Assembly: GCA_034667725.1 (NCBI GenBank) | Contig: JAXDQS010000001.1 | Coordinates: 1-64,000, forward strand | Origin: Thermoplasmata archaeon | Lineage (GTDB): Archaea; Thermoplasmatota; E2; JACPAO01; JAHFTW01 | Length of the DNA stretch: 64,000 nt | Reading direction: 5' to 3' | Shown: one piece after another, positions 45,381 through 56,568 of the stretch | How positions within the stretch are numbered: position 1 is the first letter of the stretch | Layout: the number at the start of each line of letters is the position of its first letter | Notes under the pieces: generated by a model | What the model was told of the DNA's origin: nothing | Databases searched by the model: none | Seen by the model: the letters and a program-made list of their open reading frames with translations, nothing else | Position numbers and translations under genes: made by a program

Positions 45381-46409
45381 ATGCCCGCGGACTACCGCAA
45401 CGACGCCGTGCACCCCATGCTGTCGCGGGCCCGGCCGCTGTCCCAGACCACGCTCGGCAGCGACGGGCCCGGCAGGTCCTCCTACGGCGACTGCGCCATC
45501 CAGGAGTCCACCGGCGCGGGCGGCCTCACCGACTTCACCTTCGGGGGCAGCCAGGCCGGGGTCGCCTGGTCGGTCAACCCCTACGCCGGCTGCCTGCACG
45601 CCTGCAGCTACTGCTACGTGCCCGACACGCTCCATGCCGAGCGCCGCAACTGGGGCACCCGCGTCATCGTCAAGCGCGACCTTCCGACCCGCCTCGCGTT
45701 GGCGGTCGCGCGCAGCGCCAAGCTCACCTGCTACTTCTCCACCGCCACCGACCCGTACCAGAGCGTCGAGGCGGAGCACCAGATCACCCGCCGCTGCCTG
45801 GAGGTCCTCGTCCGCAAGGACTGGCCGGTCGAAATCCTGACCCGCAGCCCATTGGTGCTCCGGGACCTCGACCTCCTCCAGCAGTTGAGCATGGTGCGGG
45901 TCGGGTTCAGCATCCCCACGATGGACGACGGCCTGCGCCGCGTCCTGGAGCCCGCCGCCCCCGCCATCCCGGCCCGGCTGCGCGCGCTGCGGAAGCTGTC
46001 GGACCAAGGCATCCCGACGTTCGCCAACTACACGCCGGCCTGCCCGCCGACGACCCATGACGCGCCCGCGGTCGCCCGGACGTTCCTGGACGCCGGCGCC
46101 CAATGGGTCAACTCGACGCGCTGGAAGCGGCGCGCCACCACCATCGGCCCGCTGTGGGAGCGGCTGCGCGGCACGGAATGGGAGCACCTGCCCGCGTTCT
46201 TCGCCAGCAAGCCCCGCCAGAACGCCTGGCACGACGAGCTGGGCAAGGCGTTCCGCAAGCTCGGCCTGCCGCTCGGCACCTCGTTCTACAACCCGCCGTT
46301 CGAGTTCCTGCAAGCCCAGGACGTCGGCCCAAAGCAGGCGACCCTCCAGGAAATCCGCGTCCCGGTCCACGCCCACCCCCAGCCCCGCCGCCCGCGGCAG
46401 GCGGCCTGA
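45381..46409 (+). CDS. Radical SAM protein, spore photoproduct lyase-like (Rv2578c-like) family
   Basis: NPYAGCLHACSYCY, STATDPYQ, ILTRSPLVLRDLDLL, LEP.A..RL. Confidence 0.9.
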   Translation: MPADYRNDAVHPMLSRARPLSQTTLGSDGPGRSSYGDCAIQESTGAGGLTDFTFGGSQAGVAWSVNPYAGCLHACSYCYVPDTLHAERRNWGTRVIVKRDLPTRLALAVARSAKLTCYFSTATDPYQSVEAEHQITRRCLEVLVRKDWPVEILTRSPLVLRDLDLLQQLSMVRVGFSIPTMDDGLRRVLEPAAPAIPARLRALRKLSDQGIPTFANYTPACPPTTHDAPAVARTFLDAGAQWVNSTRWKRRATTIGPLWERLRGTEWEHLPAFFASKPRQNAWHDELGKAFRKLGLPLGTSFYNPPFEFLQAQDVGPKQATLQEIRVPVHAHPQPRRPRQAA

Positions 46410-46434
46410 AGAAGGAGCGCCGGCTGGCCGCCGC

Positions 46435-47343
46435 GTGGCCCCGCGCCGCGGCCTCCTGTTGGGAGCCTTCGCCGTCATCTACCTCGTATGGGGCAGCACC
46501 TACCTCGGCATCCTGTGGGCCATCGAGACGATGCCTCCGATGCTGATGGCGGGCGCGCGGTTCCTGACTGCCGGCGGCATCCTGTGGCTGCTCGCGCGCC
46601 CCAAGCCCGGCGAGCCGACGCGCCCGACTCGGCGCGACTGGGCCTGGGCCGTCGTCCTCGGCTTCCTGATGCTGCTCTTGGGCAACGGCCTGCTGTCGAT
46701 CGCGGAGAGCGAGATGCCGACCGGGGTCGCGGCCCTCCTCATCGCCACCGTGCCGCTGTGGATGGTCGTGCTGGAGGCCCTGCACTTGCGCAAGGTCCCG
46801 CGCCCGCTGGTCGCCGTCGGCCTGGCGCTCGGCTTCGCGGGCGTCGCCCTGTTGGCCACCTCGAAGGACGGCTGGGCCAGCGGCGCGGTCAACTTCGCCT
46901 TCGTCGCCGGCGTCCTGGTCGGCTCGCTGGCGTGGGCCATGGGCTCGCTCGTGTCGCGCCGCAGCCCGATCCGCCTGCCGCTGCTGCGGAGCGTCGCGCT
47001 CCAGATGCTGTGCGGCGGCGCCCTGATGCTGGCGCTGGGGCTTGCGCTCGGCGAGCACCGCGGCTTCGACCTTGCGGCCATCACCCTGCGCTCCGCCGCC
47101 GCCTGGCTCTACCTCGTCACCTTCGGCAGCGTCCTCGCCTTCACCGCCTATTCTTGGGTGCTGCGCCAGGTCCCGGCGGCCGTCGCCGGCACCTACGCCT
47201 TCGTGAACCCGATCGTCGCGGTCGCCATCGGCGCCCTCGTGCTGCAGGAGCCGTTCGGGCTGCGCACGGCCCTCGCGGGCGTGCTGGTCGTGGCGGCCGT
47301 GATGGCGATCACCTACAGCAAGGCGAAGGCCGCCCCCGCCTGA
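46435..47343 (+). CDS. EamA/DMT family transporter
   Basis: IYLVWGSTY, ARFLTAG, YLVTFGS..FTAY, YAFVNPIVAV. Confidence 0.92.
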   Translation: MAPRRGLLLGAFAVIYLVWGSTYLGILWAIETMPPMLMAGARFLTAGGILWLLARPKPGEPTRPTRRDWAWAVVLGFLMLLLGNGLLSIAESEMPTGVAALLIATVPLWMVVLEALHLRKVPRPLVAVGLALGFAGVALLATSKDGWASGAVNFAFVAGVLVGSLAWAMGSLVSRRSPIRLPLLRSVALQMLCGGALMLALGLALGEHRGFDLAAITLRSAAAWLYLVTFGSVLAFTAYSWVLRQVPAAVAGTYAFVNPIVAVAIGALVLQEPFGLRTALAGVLVVAAVMAITYSKAKAAPA

Positions 47344-47386
47344 CGGCAAACACCACCGTTATCCCCCCGTCTTCGTTGCTTGGGCC

Positions 47387-49285
47387 GTGCCTGAGACCCT
47401 CGTGCCCGACACCTCCGTCCTCGTGGACGGCCGCATCACGGAGCTGGTGCTGTCGGGGGAGTTCCCGCGCGCGGACATCCGCGTGCCGCGCGCCGCGCTG
47501 GCGGAGCTGGAGGCGCAGGCCAACCGCGGCCTGGAGTCCGGGGTCGCCGGCCTCGACGAGCTGGCCGCCCTCCAGGAGATGGCCAAGGCCGGCCAATGCA
47601 CCATCGAGTTCGCGGGCGACCGCCCCCACGTCCGGGAGGTGATGGAGGCCCGCTCGGGCGCCATCGACGCCCGCATCCGCGAGCTGGCCGTCGAGGTGGA
47701 CGCCATCTTCGTCACCTCCGACCGCATCCAGGCGCACGCCGCCGCCGCGCAGGGCCTCCGCCACCACTACCTGCGGCCCCGCCACCGCCAGACCGACCTC
47801 ACCACGCTCAAGCTCTGGGAGTTCTTCGACCCGGAGACCATGAGCGTCCACCTCAAGTCGGAGTGCGTCCCGATGGTCAAGCGGGGCCAGCCGGGCGCCG
47901 TCCGCTACGAGCCGCACCGCCGCGGCGCCACCGCGATGCCGCACAAGGACCTGCGCGCCATCCAGAAGGAGTGCCTCGAGTTCGCGCGCCGCGACGACGA
48001 CTCGTTCATCGAGATGGAGAAGCACGGCTGCACCGTCATCCAGCTCGGCCCGATGCGCATCACCATGGCCCAGCCGCCGTTCGCCGACGGCCTGGAGCTC
48101 ACCGCCGTCCGCCCCATCACCAAGAAGTCGATCGAGCACTACAAGCTCGACCGCGAGCTGTTCGAGCGCATCGAAGGCCACAGCCGCGGCGTGTTCATCG
48201 CCGGCCCGCCCGGCTCCGGCAAGTCGACCTTCGCCGCCGCCGTCGCCGAGCACCTGCACGGCCTCGCCCGCGTCGTCAAGACCATGGAGCAGCCCCGCGA
48301 CCTGCAAGTGCCGCGCGAGGTCACCCAGTACGGCGCCTTGGACCGCGACATGAAGTGGACCGGCGACGTCATCCTCCTGGTCCGCCCCGACCACGTCCTC
48401 TACGACGAGGTGCGCACCACCGAGGACTTCCGCGTCTTTGCCGACATGCGCCTTGCCGGCGTCGGCCTCATCGGCGTCACCCACGCCAACCGCGCCATCG
48501 ACGCCGTGCAGCGCCTCATCGGCCGCGTCGAGCTTGGCATGATCCCCCAGATCGTGGACACCGTGCTGTTCGTCGAGGCCGGCAAGATCGCGCAGGTGCT
48601 GGAGCTGACCTTCACCGTCAAGGTGCCGTCCGGCATGACCGACGCCGACCTCGCCCGCCCCGTCGTCCTCGTCACCGACGTCCGCACCGCCCGCCCCGTG
48701 TTCGAGCTGTACACCTACGGCGAGCAGGTCGTCGTCATGCCGCTGGACCAGGAGATGCGCAAGGACCCGGCCAGCCAGCTCGCCGAACGGCAACTCAGCA
48801 CCATGCTCCGCAAGTACGTCCAAGGCCGCATGGAGGTCCAGGTGCGCGGCAACCGCGCCACCGTCATGGTGCCCGAGTCCGAGGTGCCCGGCCTCATCGG
48901 CAAGGGCGGCCGCAACGTCCAGATGCTGGAGAACAAGCTCGGCATCGGCCTCCAGATCCAGGCGCTGCCCGACCGCCCCACCGGACGCTGGGAGCGCAAG
49001 GACGCCAAGGACGACTACCAAGAGGAGATGGAGGCCGCCCGCGCGGCCGCCAAGGAGGACGACCAGCGGGGCGGCGTGCGCATCAAGCGCACCGGCACCA
49101 ATGTGTTCGTCCTCGTGGGCACGCCCGGCCTGTGGCGCATCGAGGTCGAGGGCGCCGTCGTCGGCGAGGGCATCGCCTCGAAGGACGGCAAGGTCCGCTT
49201 CAAGGCCAAGTCCGCCGAGGGCGAGGCCCTGGTCGAGGCCACCAAGCGCGGCTTCATCGTGTCGGCCGAGCGTCTGGAAGACTAG
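47387..49285 (+). CDS. PINA: PIN domain, P-loop ATPase and KH domain
   Basis: VPDTSVLVDG, ELEAQAN, TMSVHLK, GPPGSGKSTF, KTMEQPRDL, LLVRPD..YDEVR, IGKGGRNV. Confidence 0.92.
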   Translation: MPETLVPDTSVLVDGRITELVLSGEFPRADIRVPRAALAELEAQANRGLESGVAGLDELAALQEMAKAGQCTIEFAGDRPHVREVMEARSGAIDARIRELAVEVDAIFVTSDRIQAHAAAAQGLRHHYLRPRHRQTDLTTLKLWEFFDPETMSVHLKSECVPMVKRGQPGAVRYEPHRRGATAMPHKDLRAIQKECLEFARRDDDSFIEMEKHGCTVIQLGPMRITMAQPPFADGLELTAVRPITKKSIEHYKLDRELFERIEGHSRGVFIAGPPGSGKSTFAAAVAEHLHGLARVVKTMEQPRDLQVPREVTQYGALDRDMKWTGDVILLVRPDHVLYDEVRTTEDFRVFADMRLAGVGLIGVTHANRAIDAVQRLIGRVELGMIPQIVDTVLFVEAGKIAQVLELTFTVKVPSGMTDADLARPVVLVTDVRTARPVFELYTYGEQVVVMPLDQEMRKDPASQLAERQLSTMLRKYVQGRMEVQVRGNRATVMVPESEVPGLIGKGGRNVQMLENKLGIGLQIQALPDRPTGRWERKDAKDDYQEEMEAARAAAKEDDQRGGVRIKRTGTNVFVLVGTPGLWRIEVEGAVVGEGIASKDGKVRFKAKSAEGEALVEATKRGFIVSAERLED

Positions 49286-49288
49286 GCG

Positions 49289-50716
49289 CTACGCGGCGCG
49301 CACGCGGCCGCCGAACAACGACGGCCCCTCCGCCAGGTAGGCCACCGACAGCGTCTGGTCGCGGCTGGTCTGGGCGTCGAGCTGGTCCGGGATGCGGCAC
49401 GCCGCCGAGGTGCAGCCGTCGGTGAACGCGACCCACACCCGGCCGTCGGGCGCCCGCACCATGTCGATGAAGTCCAGCAGGTTGCGGTTGCCGTCCTTCT
49501 CGCCGCGGGCGAGCGCGATGCTGCCACGCTGCACCGGGTCGTTGGACGGCGTCGCCTGCTGCGTCACGAAGGTCGGGTCGGGGCCGTCGGCGTCCAGGCT
49601 GAGGCCGACGAACAGGTGCCACTCGGTCGCGGCGCCCGCGTCGTCCGGCCCCTTGTTGGTCTCGCGGTTGCCCAGGAAGGCGTAGGCGATGCGGCCGTCG
49701 GCGCCGGCCACCAGGCCCGCGAACGCGGCGCCCTTGACGTCCGGCGGCGACACCACGAACGGCCCCTCGACGGTGGCGAAGCCGTCGTGGCTGCGCAGCA
49801 GCTGCATCCGTTGGTCCTCGCCGCGGAACAGGTAGTAGGCCGTGCCGTCCGGCGTCGTAGCCACTTCCGGGTCGAGCTCGCGCTGCACCACCCCGAGGTC
49901 GCGGCGGGCCCAGGTCAGGCCGCCGTCGGTGCTGACCGCGACACGCGCCTCCTGGCACGCGAAGCCATAGGGCAGGTAGATGGTGCCGTCGCCGGCGTGG
50001 TGCTGGACGCCGTTGAGGCCGCCGCAGTCGCCGAGCGGGGCGATGGCCAGCGGCAGCGGCAGGCCGCCGGAGGGGACGTCGTCCACCAGCACGTCCTGGA
50101 GGAAGGTGAGGCCGCCGTCGCGGCTCATGGCGCAGCGGGTCGAGGAGAGGTGGTTGTAACAGAGGCTGACCAGGCGGGGATACGCGCCCGGCAGCGGGCC
50201 CGCCATCGGCCCCGACGCCAGCTTCTGGTGGTCGACGTCGGTCGTCGGGCACACCATCGGCGTCTCGCTCCAGGTCTCGCCGTCGTCGTCGCTCACCGCC
50301 AGCGTGCGGCAGTGGCGCGCGGGGTGGATGTGGACCGCGAACGCGCGGCCGGCCTCCGGGTCCACCCACAGGTAGGGGTCGCGGTTGTCGCCTTGGTCGC
50401 GGATCACGTGGACCGGCTGCCAGCTGTGCCCGAGGTCCTGCGAGCGCACGATGGTCTCGAACGCGAGGGCCAGCACGGTGCCGTCGGAGGTCACTCCGAG
50501 GGTCGGCTCGGCGCCGTCGAACGGGGTCGCGACCAAGGCCAGTCGGAAGCCGTCGCCGAAGGCGGCCGGCAAGTCGGTCGCCACGGCGCGGCCGTCGCGC
50601 GAGCGGTGCACCGTGAGGCGCGCGTCGCTCACCACCGGCGGCGTCTCGACGACGTCGGTGCCGCAGCCCGCCAACAGGAGGGCCAGCACGGCGACGAGGG
50701 CGGGCGCGGCGCGCAC
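49289..50716 (-). CDS. Lipoprotein with BNR/Asp-box repeats (sialidase-like beta-propeller)
   Basis: Lipobox LLLAGC; SQDLGHSW, SDDDGETW, SRDGGLTF, STDGGLTW, SHDGFAT. Confidence 0.85.
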   Translation of the reverse strand: MRAAPALVAVLALLLAGCGTDVVETPPVVSDARLTVHRSRDGRAVATDLPAAFGDGFRLALVATPFDGAEPTLGVTSDGTVLALAFETIVRSQDLGHSWQPVHVIRDQGDNRDPYLWVDPEAGRAFAVHIHPARHCRTLAVSDDDGETWSETPMVCPTTDVDHQKLASGPMAGPLPGAYPRLVSLCYNHLSSTRCAMSRDGGLTFLQDVLVDDVPSGGLPLPLAIAPLGDCGGLNGVQHHAGDGTIYLPYGFACQEARVAVSTDGGLTWARRDLGVVQRELDPEVATTPDGTAYYLFRGEDQRMQLLRSHDGFATVEGPFVVSPPDVKGAAFAGLVAGADGRIAYAFLGNRETNKGPDDAGAATEWHLFVGLSLDADGPDPTFVTQQATPSNDPVQRGSIALARGEKDGNRNLLDFIDMVRAPDGRVWVAFTDGCTSAACRIPDQLDAQTSRDQTLSVAYLAEGPSLFGGRVRAA

Positions 50717-50739
50717 ACCGACAGAAGCCGGCGGCGCCG

Positions 50740-51471
50740 CTACAATGCTTGCGGTGCCGGACGGCGCAGCAGCGCCACGACCACCGCGGCGATGCAGGTC
50801 GCCGCCAACAGCGCCACGCCGTACACCAGGTTGCCGGCCACCCCGGTCGGCACCGGCGGCGGCGCCACCAGGTCGCAGCGCGCGTCCGCGCCGAGAGCGC
50901 CAGAGGCGCCGCACGCCGGGCCGGCGGGGTCGGGCCCCTGGCCGTCCGCAACACCGTCGCCGTCGGTGTCCACCGTGCGCGGGTCGAGGTTGCGGCCCAG
51001 CTCGTCGCCGTCGGCAAGGCCGTCGCCGTCGGAGTCGGCGCGGTCGGGGTGGAGGCCGCGGTCGGCCTCCCAGCCGTCGGCGAGGCCGTCGCCGTCCGAG
51101 TCCCCCGCGAACGGGCTGGCGTGCGCCTGGACCTCGCGCCACGCCGCCATGCCGTCATGGTCGAGGTCGAGGAAGCTCCAGGCGACGACGCCGGCCACGA
51201 GCACCAGGCTGGCCCACAGCAGGCCCTCCACGACGCGCGTCGGGTCGCGGGCCGGCAGCGCCGCGCCCTCGAACCCGCGGCCCGCGTGGCGCGGGTCCGC
51301 GGTCGGGCGCAGCAGCTCGGCCGGGGTGGTGGTCTCGACCGCCTTCTCCGACTGCCACGCGACCTGGCTGGACACTTGGGGCAGGTCGCCGTTGCACCGG
51401 AGGCACCGCGTCCGCTGGGCCAGCGCGTCGACGCGCGCGCCGCAGTGGGGGCAGTCGTACTCGCGGAGCAA
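50740..51471 (-). CDS. Membrane protein: zinc ribbon, TM, DxDxDG Ca-binding repeats, TM
   Basis: CPHCG..CLRC; two hydrophobic segments enclosing DLDHDG, DSDGDG x2 and DTDGDG; start uncertain. Confidence 0.7.
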   Translation of the reverse strand: MLREYDCPHCGARVDALAQRTRCLRCNGDLPQVSSQVAWQSEKAVETTTPAELLRPTADPRHAGRGFEGAALPARDPTRVVEGLLWASLVLVAGVVAWSFLDLDHDGMAAWREVQAHASPFAGDSDGDGLADGWEADRGLHPDRADSDGDGLADGDELGRNLDPRTVDTDGDGVADGQGPDPAGPACGASGALGADARCDLVAPPPVPTGVAGNLVYGVALLAATCIAAVVVALLRRPAPQAL

Positions 51472-51496
51472 CGGGGCTAGGACCGCGGCCGCCGGT

Positions 51497-53359
51497 TCAA
51501 GACTTCGCTTTCCGGCGCCGCCACCCCGCGGCCGCCGCGGCCCCGATCGGGGCTGCCACCAGGGCGGCGCCAGCCCAGCCGAGCGTGCCGGTGGCCACCG
51601 AGGCGGGCGGCGGGGCGGGCACGGCAAGCGGGGCGGTCGGCGTGAAGGCCCGGGTCGCCGACACGATGGGCTGGAGGTCCGGGGCGATGGTGGCAAACTC
51701 GCCGCAGGCGCGGGTGCCGTTCTCGGGCTCGAACTTGGCGGTCCACACCTCGGCGGCGGAGGCGCCCTCGGCCAGGCGGGTAAGCGGCGCGGCGGGCGGG
51801 CAGGCGAGATAGTCGGACACCGTGCGCCACTCGCTGGGCAGAAGGTAGAGAGAGGCGCCGGACTCGTAGCTCATCATCGACGCGGCGGCGTTGCCCTGGT
51901 CATCCGGCGGCAATCCGGCAAGGCACTCGGGCTCGTGCGGGTGGCAGAGGCCAAGGTTGTGGCCCAGCTCATGGCCGATGACATGGGTCAGCCACGGCAG
52001 GTCGAACTCGGCGGCCGGCGTCATCGGGCGCACCTTGCCGTCGGGCAGCACGAGGACGGGGATGCTGTGCGTCCACCAGCCGTCCCAGGCGGCGTAGGCG
52101 CCACCCCAGTTGGAGCCGCTGACCCGGATTTGCGGCGGGTCGCCCGAGCCCGCGGCCCAGTTGCCCGGCTCGGCCTCCTGGCTGTAGCGCATCGTGAAGG
52201 TGTCGCCGGCGGTGCTGGTGGCCCGCAGCACGAAGGCGTCCGAGTAGTCCGCCGCCGCCAGCATCCCGCGCAACTGGCCGACGCCGGCGTGGCGCACCTG
52301 CGACTGGTCGATGTGCGGGTTGAGGACCATGATGTTGACGTAGGGATGCGCACCGAAGCGGGCCTTCGCGAGCACCGCCTGGTAGTAGGGGTCGGCCACG
52401 TCGAGGCCGAGCGGCGCCAACCGGTCGGAGGGGAGGCTCACGACGGTCTCGGTCCACGACATCGTGATGCCGCCGTCGCGCGCGAACAGCTCCACGACGC
52501 GCTGGTAGGCCGGCGCGAAGCCCTGGCCGCCCGCCATCCGCGCCGAGTCGGGGCCCTGCACGCGCACGAACTCCACCAGGAGGTCGGGGCGGCCGGGCTC
52601 CGGGTCGAAACCGTCCCACGGCACCGGCGGTGCGCCGGTCTCCCATGCGTCCGGGATGCCGTCGCCGTCGTCGTCGCGCGACGCGGGCGCCTGCTGGTCC
52701 GCGAACAGCTTGGTGACCGCGTCCGGCAGCCCCGCGTCCAGCGAGTCGCCCCGAAGCGGGCTGAACGGGGCGGACTCCTGTGCGTCGGACAGGCCGTCGC
52801 CGTCGCAGTCGCTCCGGTGGACGCACGCCGCCGCGCCCTCGGCGCCGTCGAGCACGCCGTCGCCGTCCGCGTCCGGCTTGCAGCGGTCGGCCAGCGCCTC
52901 GTCGGCGTCCGGGCGGCCGTCGGCGTCGTCGTCGGCCTGCACGGCGGCCAGCACGCCGTCGCCGTCGCAATCGACCAGCTCCTGGGCGTCGGACAGGCCG
53001 TCGCCGTCGGAGTCGCCGGCGAGCGGGTCGGTGCCCTCGCCGAGCTCGACGCGGTCCGGCACGCCGTCCGCGTCCGAGTCCGGCCGGCCGACGTCGGTGC
53101 CGGCGGCCCGCTCGTCGCGGTCGCCCACGCCGTCGTCGTCCGAGTCGGCGCGCGCCGGGTTGGACTGGTGGGCAGCTTCGTCGCCGTCGCCAAGCCCGTC
53201 GCCGTCGGAGTCGGGGTAGCGCCAACTGGTGCCGCGGCCCAGCTCCTCGCGGGTGGCGAGGCCGTCGCCGTCCACGTCCGCGAGGTAGAGGGTCCCGCCC
53301 ACGACGAGGCTGGCCAAGGCGAGGGCGGCCACGGCGGCGACGGCGGGGTGCAGGCGCAA
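51497..53359 (-). CDS. Surface metzincin-type zinc protease with thrombospondin-type-3-like DxDxDG repeats and C-terminal membrane anchor
   Basis: N-terminal hydrophobic segment; about 10 DxDxDG motifs; HELGHNLGLCH; Met-turn SMMSY; TM plus RRRKAKS. Confidence 0.85.
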   Translation of the reverse strand: MRLHPAVAAVAALALASLVVGGTLYLADVDGDGLATREELGRGTSWRYPDSDGDGLGDGDEAAHQSNPARADSDDDGVGDRDERAAGTDVGRPDSDADGVPDRVELGEGTDPLAGDSDGDGLSDAQELVDCDGDGVLAAVQADDDADGRPDADEALADRCKPDADGDGVLDGAEGAAACVHRSDCDGDGLSDAQESAPFSPLRGDSLDAGLPDAVTKLFADQQAPASRDDDGDGIPDAWETGAPPVPWDGFDPEPGRPDLLVEFVRVQGPDSARMAGGQGFAPAYQRVVELFARDGGITMSWTETVVSLPSDRLAPLGLDVADPYYQAVLAKARFGAHPYVNIMVLNPHIDQSQVRHAGVGQLRGMLAAADYSDAFVLRATSTAGDTFTMRYSQEAEPGNWAAGSGDPPQIRVSGSNWGGAYAAWDGWWTHSIPVLVLPDGKVRPMTPAAEFDLPWLTHVIGHELGHNLGLCHPHEPECLAGLPPDDQGNAAASMMSYESGASLYLLPSEWRTVSDYLACPPAAPLTRLAEGASAAEVWTAKFEPENGTRACGEFATIAPDLQPIVSATRAFTPTAPLAVPAPPPASVATGTLGWAGAALVAAPIGAAAAAGWRRRKAKS

Positions 53360-53460
53360 GCGGGGCCCGCTGGGGGCCGGCAGGCTAGAGCTTGGCGGTC
53401 TGAGGCAGGTTGCCTGCCGCCCGCGCCTTCAAGACCCCTCCCTGTGTCCCGAAGGTCGCC

Positions 53461-54918
<1,458 letters not shown>

Positions 54919-54993
54919 CGGCGTCCAAGCCAACGCCTGCACGGGTTCACCCACCTCCACGCAGACTTAATCCGGGTTCGCCCTCGCCCTCCT

Positions 54994-56562
54994 GTGCCCC
55001 AGGAGGACGTCGGCCGCATCACCGGCGACTCGGTGACCGAGCTGCGGTTCCGCGTCGGCCCCGACGAGCCGGTCCACCTGGGCGAGATTCTGGTGGCCGC
55101 CGGCGAGGGCGCCGCGCCGTTCTACCTTCGCGTCGTGGACTTGGAGTATGGCGCCGAGGCCCGCGACGCCGCCTGGGGCGAGCGCGTGGCCGGCGCCCTC
55201 ATGGCGGCGCCCGGCACGGAGCCCCTGGTGCTGTTCGACCGCGCCGAGCGGCTGTTCAAGGTCGCGGTGGCCGCCCCGCTCGGCTACCTCCAGGCCGACG
55301 GGCGGTTCCGCAAGCCGAAGACCATCCCGCCGCACTTTGCCGCGGTGCGGCGCCCCGTGGCGGGCGACTTCGCGTTCCTGGCGCCGCGGCCCGGCGACCT
55401 GGAGCTTGGGTTCCTCCGCAGCGGCGACGAGGCCCTGCCCGACCGCCTCGGGCTCGACCCGAAGGCGCTCGCGCAGCACTTGGGCATCTTCGCGACCACC
55501 GGGATGGGCAAGTCGAACCTCCTCAAGGTGCTGGCCGCAAGCTGCCTCGACTCCGGCCGCGTGGGGCTCCTGATCCTCGACCCGCACGGCGAGTACGCCG
55601 ACGGCGGCGCGAACGTCCACCCCGACGGCCGGCCGCACAAAGGGCTGCTGCACCACCCGCGCCAAGACCGGCTGCACGTCTACTCCAGCCGCGCGGTGCT
55701 CGGGTTTGCGGGCCGCGTCCATGACTTGGCGGTGAGCGCCGGCGAGATCAAGGCGGCCGACTTCGCCAACGTCTACGACCTCACGGGCCCGCAGGAAGAG
55801 GCCATCTGGGCCGTGTCGAACAAGTTCCGCGACCAGTGGCTGCTGCAACTGGCGAACCTGGACCTCGACCAACTCATGGCATCACTCGGCAACCGCTTCA
55901 TGGAGGGCACCCTCAACGTCCTCCAGCGCCGCGCCCAGCAGGTGCTCCGCCAGCCGTCGATCCACACCGACACGGGCCTCTCGACGACCAAGCAGATCCT
56001 GAACCACCTCGGCGCCGGCCACGTCGTCCTCGTGGACACCTCGGGCCTGTTCCCGCAAGAAGAACTGCTGGTGTCCGCGGTGCTGGCCCGCAGCCTGCTG
56101 GAACGCCACCGCGACGCCGCCCGCCGCCCCGAGGAGTTCCGCGCCCTGCCGCCCGTCTGCGTCACCTTGGAGGAGGCCCAGCGCGTCCTCAACGCCCGCG
56201 GCGGATCGAGCAACATCTTCGCCCAGATCGCCCGCGAAGGCCGCAAGTTCAAGGTCGGCCTCGGCGCCGTCACCCAGCAGCCCCGCCTCCTGTCCGACGA
56301 GCTCCTGAGCCAGCTCAACACGCTGTTCATCCTGGGCCTCGCGGACCCGACCGACCGCGAGCGCGTCAAGGCCGGCGCCCGCCAAGACCTCAGCCAAGTC
56401 CACAAGGAGCTGCAGATGATGGAGCCCGGCGAGGCCTTGGTCACGACCCCCGGCGCCCCGTTCGCGCTGCCCCTGAAGGCGCACCTGTTCGAGGACCGCA
56501 TCCTGGAGGCCAAGCCCGTCGCGCAGCTTGCCGCGCCCAAGGTGGACGCCGGCTTCTTCTGA
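54994..56562 (+). CDS. herA: HerA DNA translocase/helicase
   Basis: N-terminal HAS-barrel-like region; HLGIFATTGMGKSN, DPHGEY, EEAQR, IAREGRKF, TQQP; directly upstream of mre11-rad50. Confidence 0.92.
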   Translation: MPQEDVGRITGDSVTELRFRVGPDEPVHLGEILVAAGEGAAPFYLRVVDLEYGAEARDAAWGERVAGALMAAPGTEPLVLFDRAERLFKVAVAAPLGYLQADGRFRKPKTIPPHFAAVRRPVAGDFAFLAPRPGDLELGFLRSGDEALPDRLGLDPKALAQHLGIFATTGMGKSNLLKVLAASCLDSGRVGLLILDPHGEYADGGANVHPDGRPHKGLLHHPRQDRLHVYSSRAVLGFAGRVHDLAVSAGEIKAADFANVYDLTGPQEEAIWAVSNKFRDQWLLQLANLDLDQLMASLGNRFMEGTLNVLQRRAQQVLRQPSIHTDTGLSTTKQILNHLGAGHVVLVDTSGLFPQEELLVSAVLARSLLERHRDAARRPEEFRALPPVCVTLEEAQRVLNARGGSSNIFAQIAREGRKFKVGLGAVTQQPRLLSDELLSQLNTLFILGLADPTDRERVKAGARQDLSQVHKELQMMEPGEALVTTPGAPFALPLKAHLFEDRILEAKPVAQLAAPKVDAGFF

Positions 56563-56568
56563 GGTCCC

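Noticed and set aside
43283-45382. 699-aa ORF ending in the pilin
   Set aside because: The pilin starts at ATG 43693 with an SD; the upstream part is antisense to cas4 and doc
43700-45400. CRISPR-Cas locus suggested by the Cas4-like gene
   Set aside because: No repeat-spacer array and no cas1, cas2 or effector genes seen in the window
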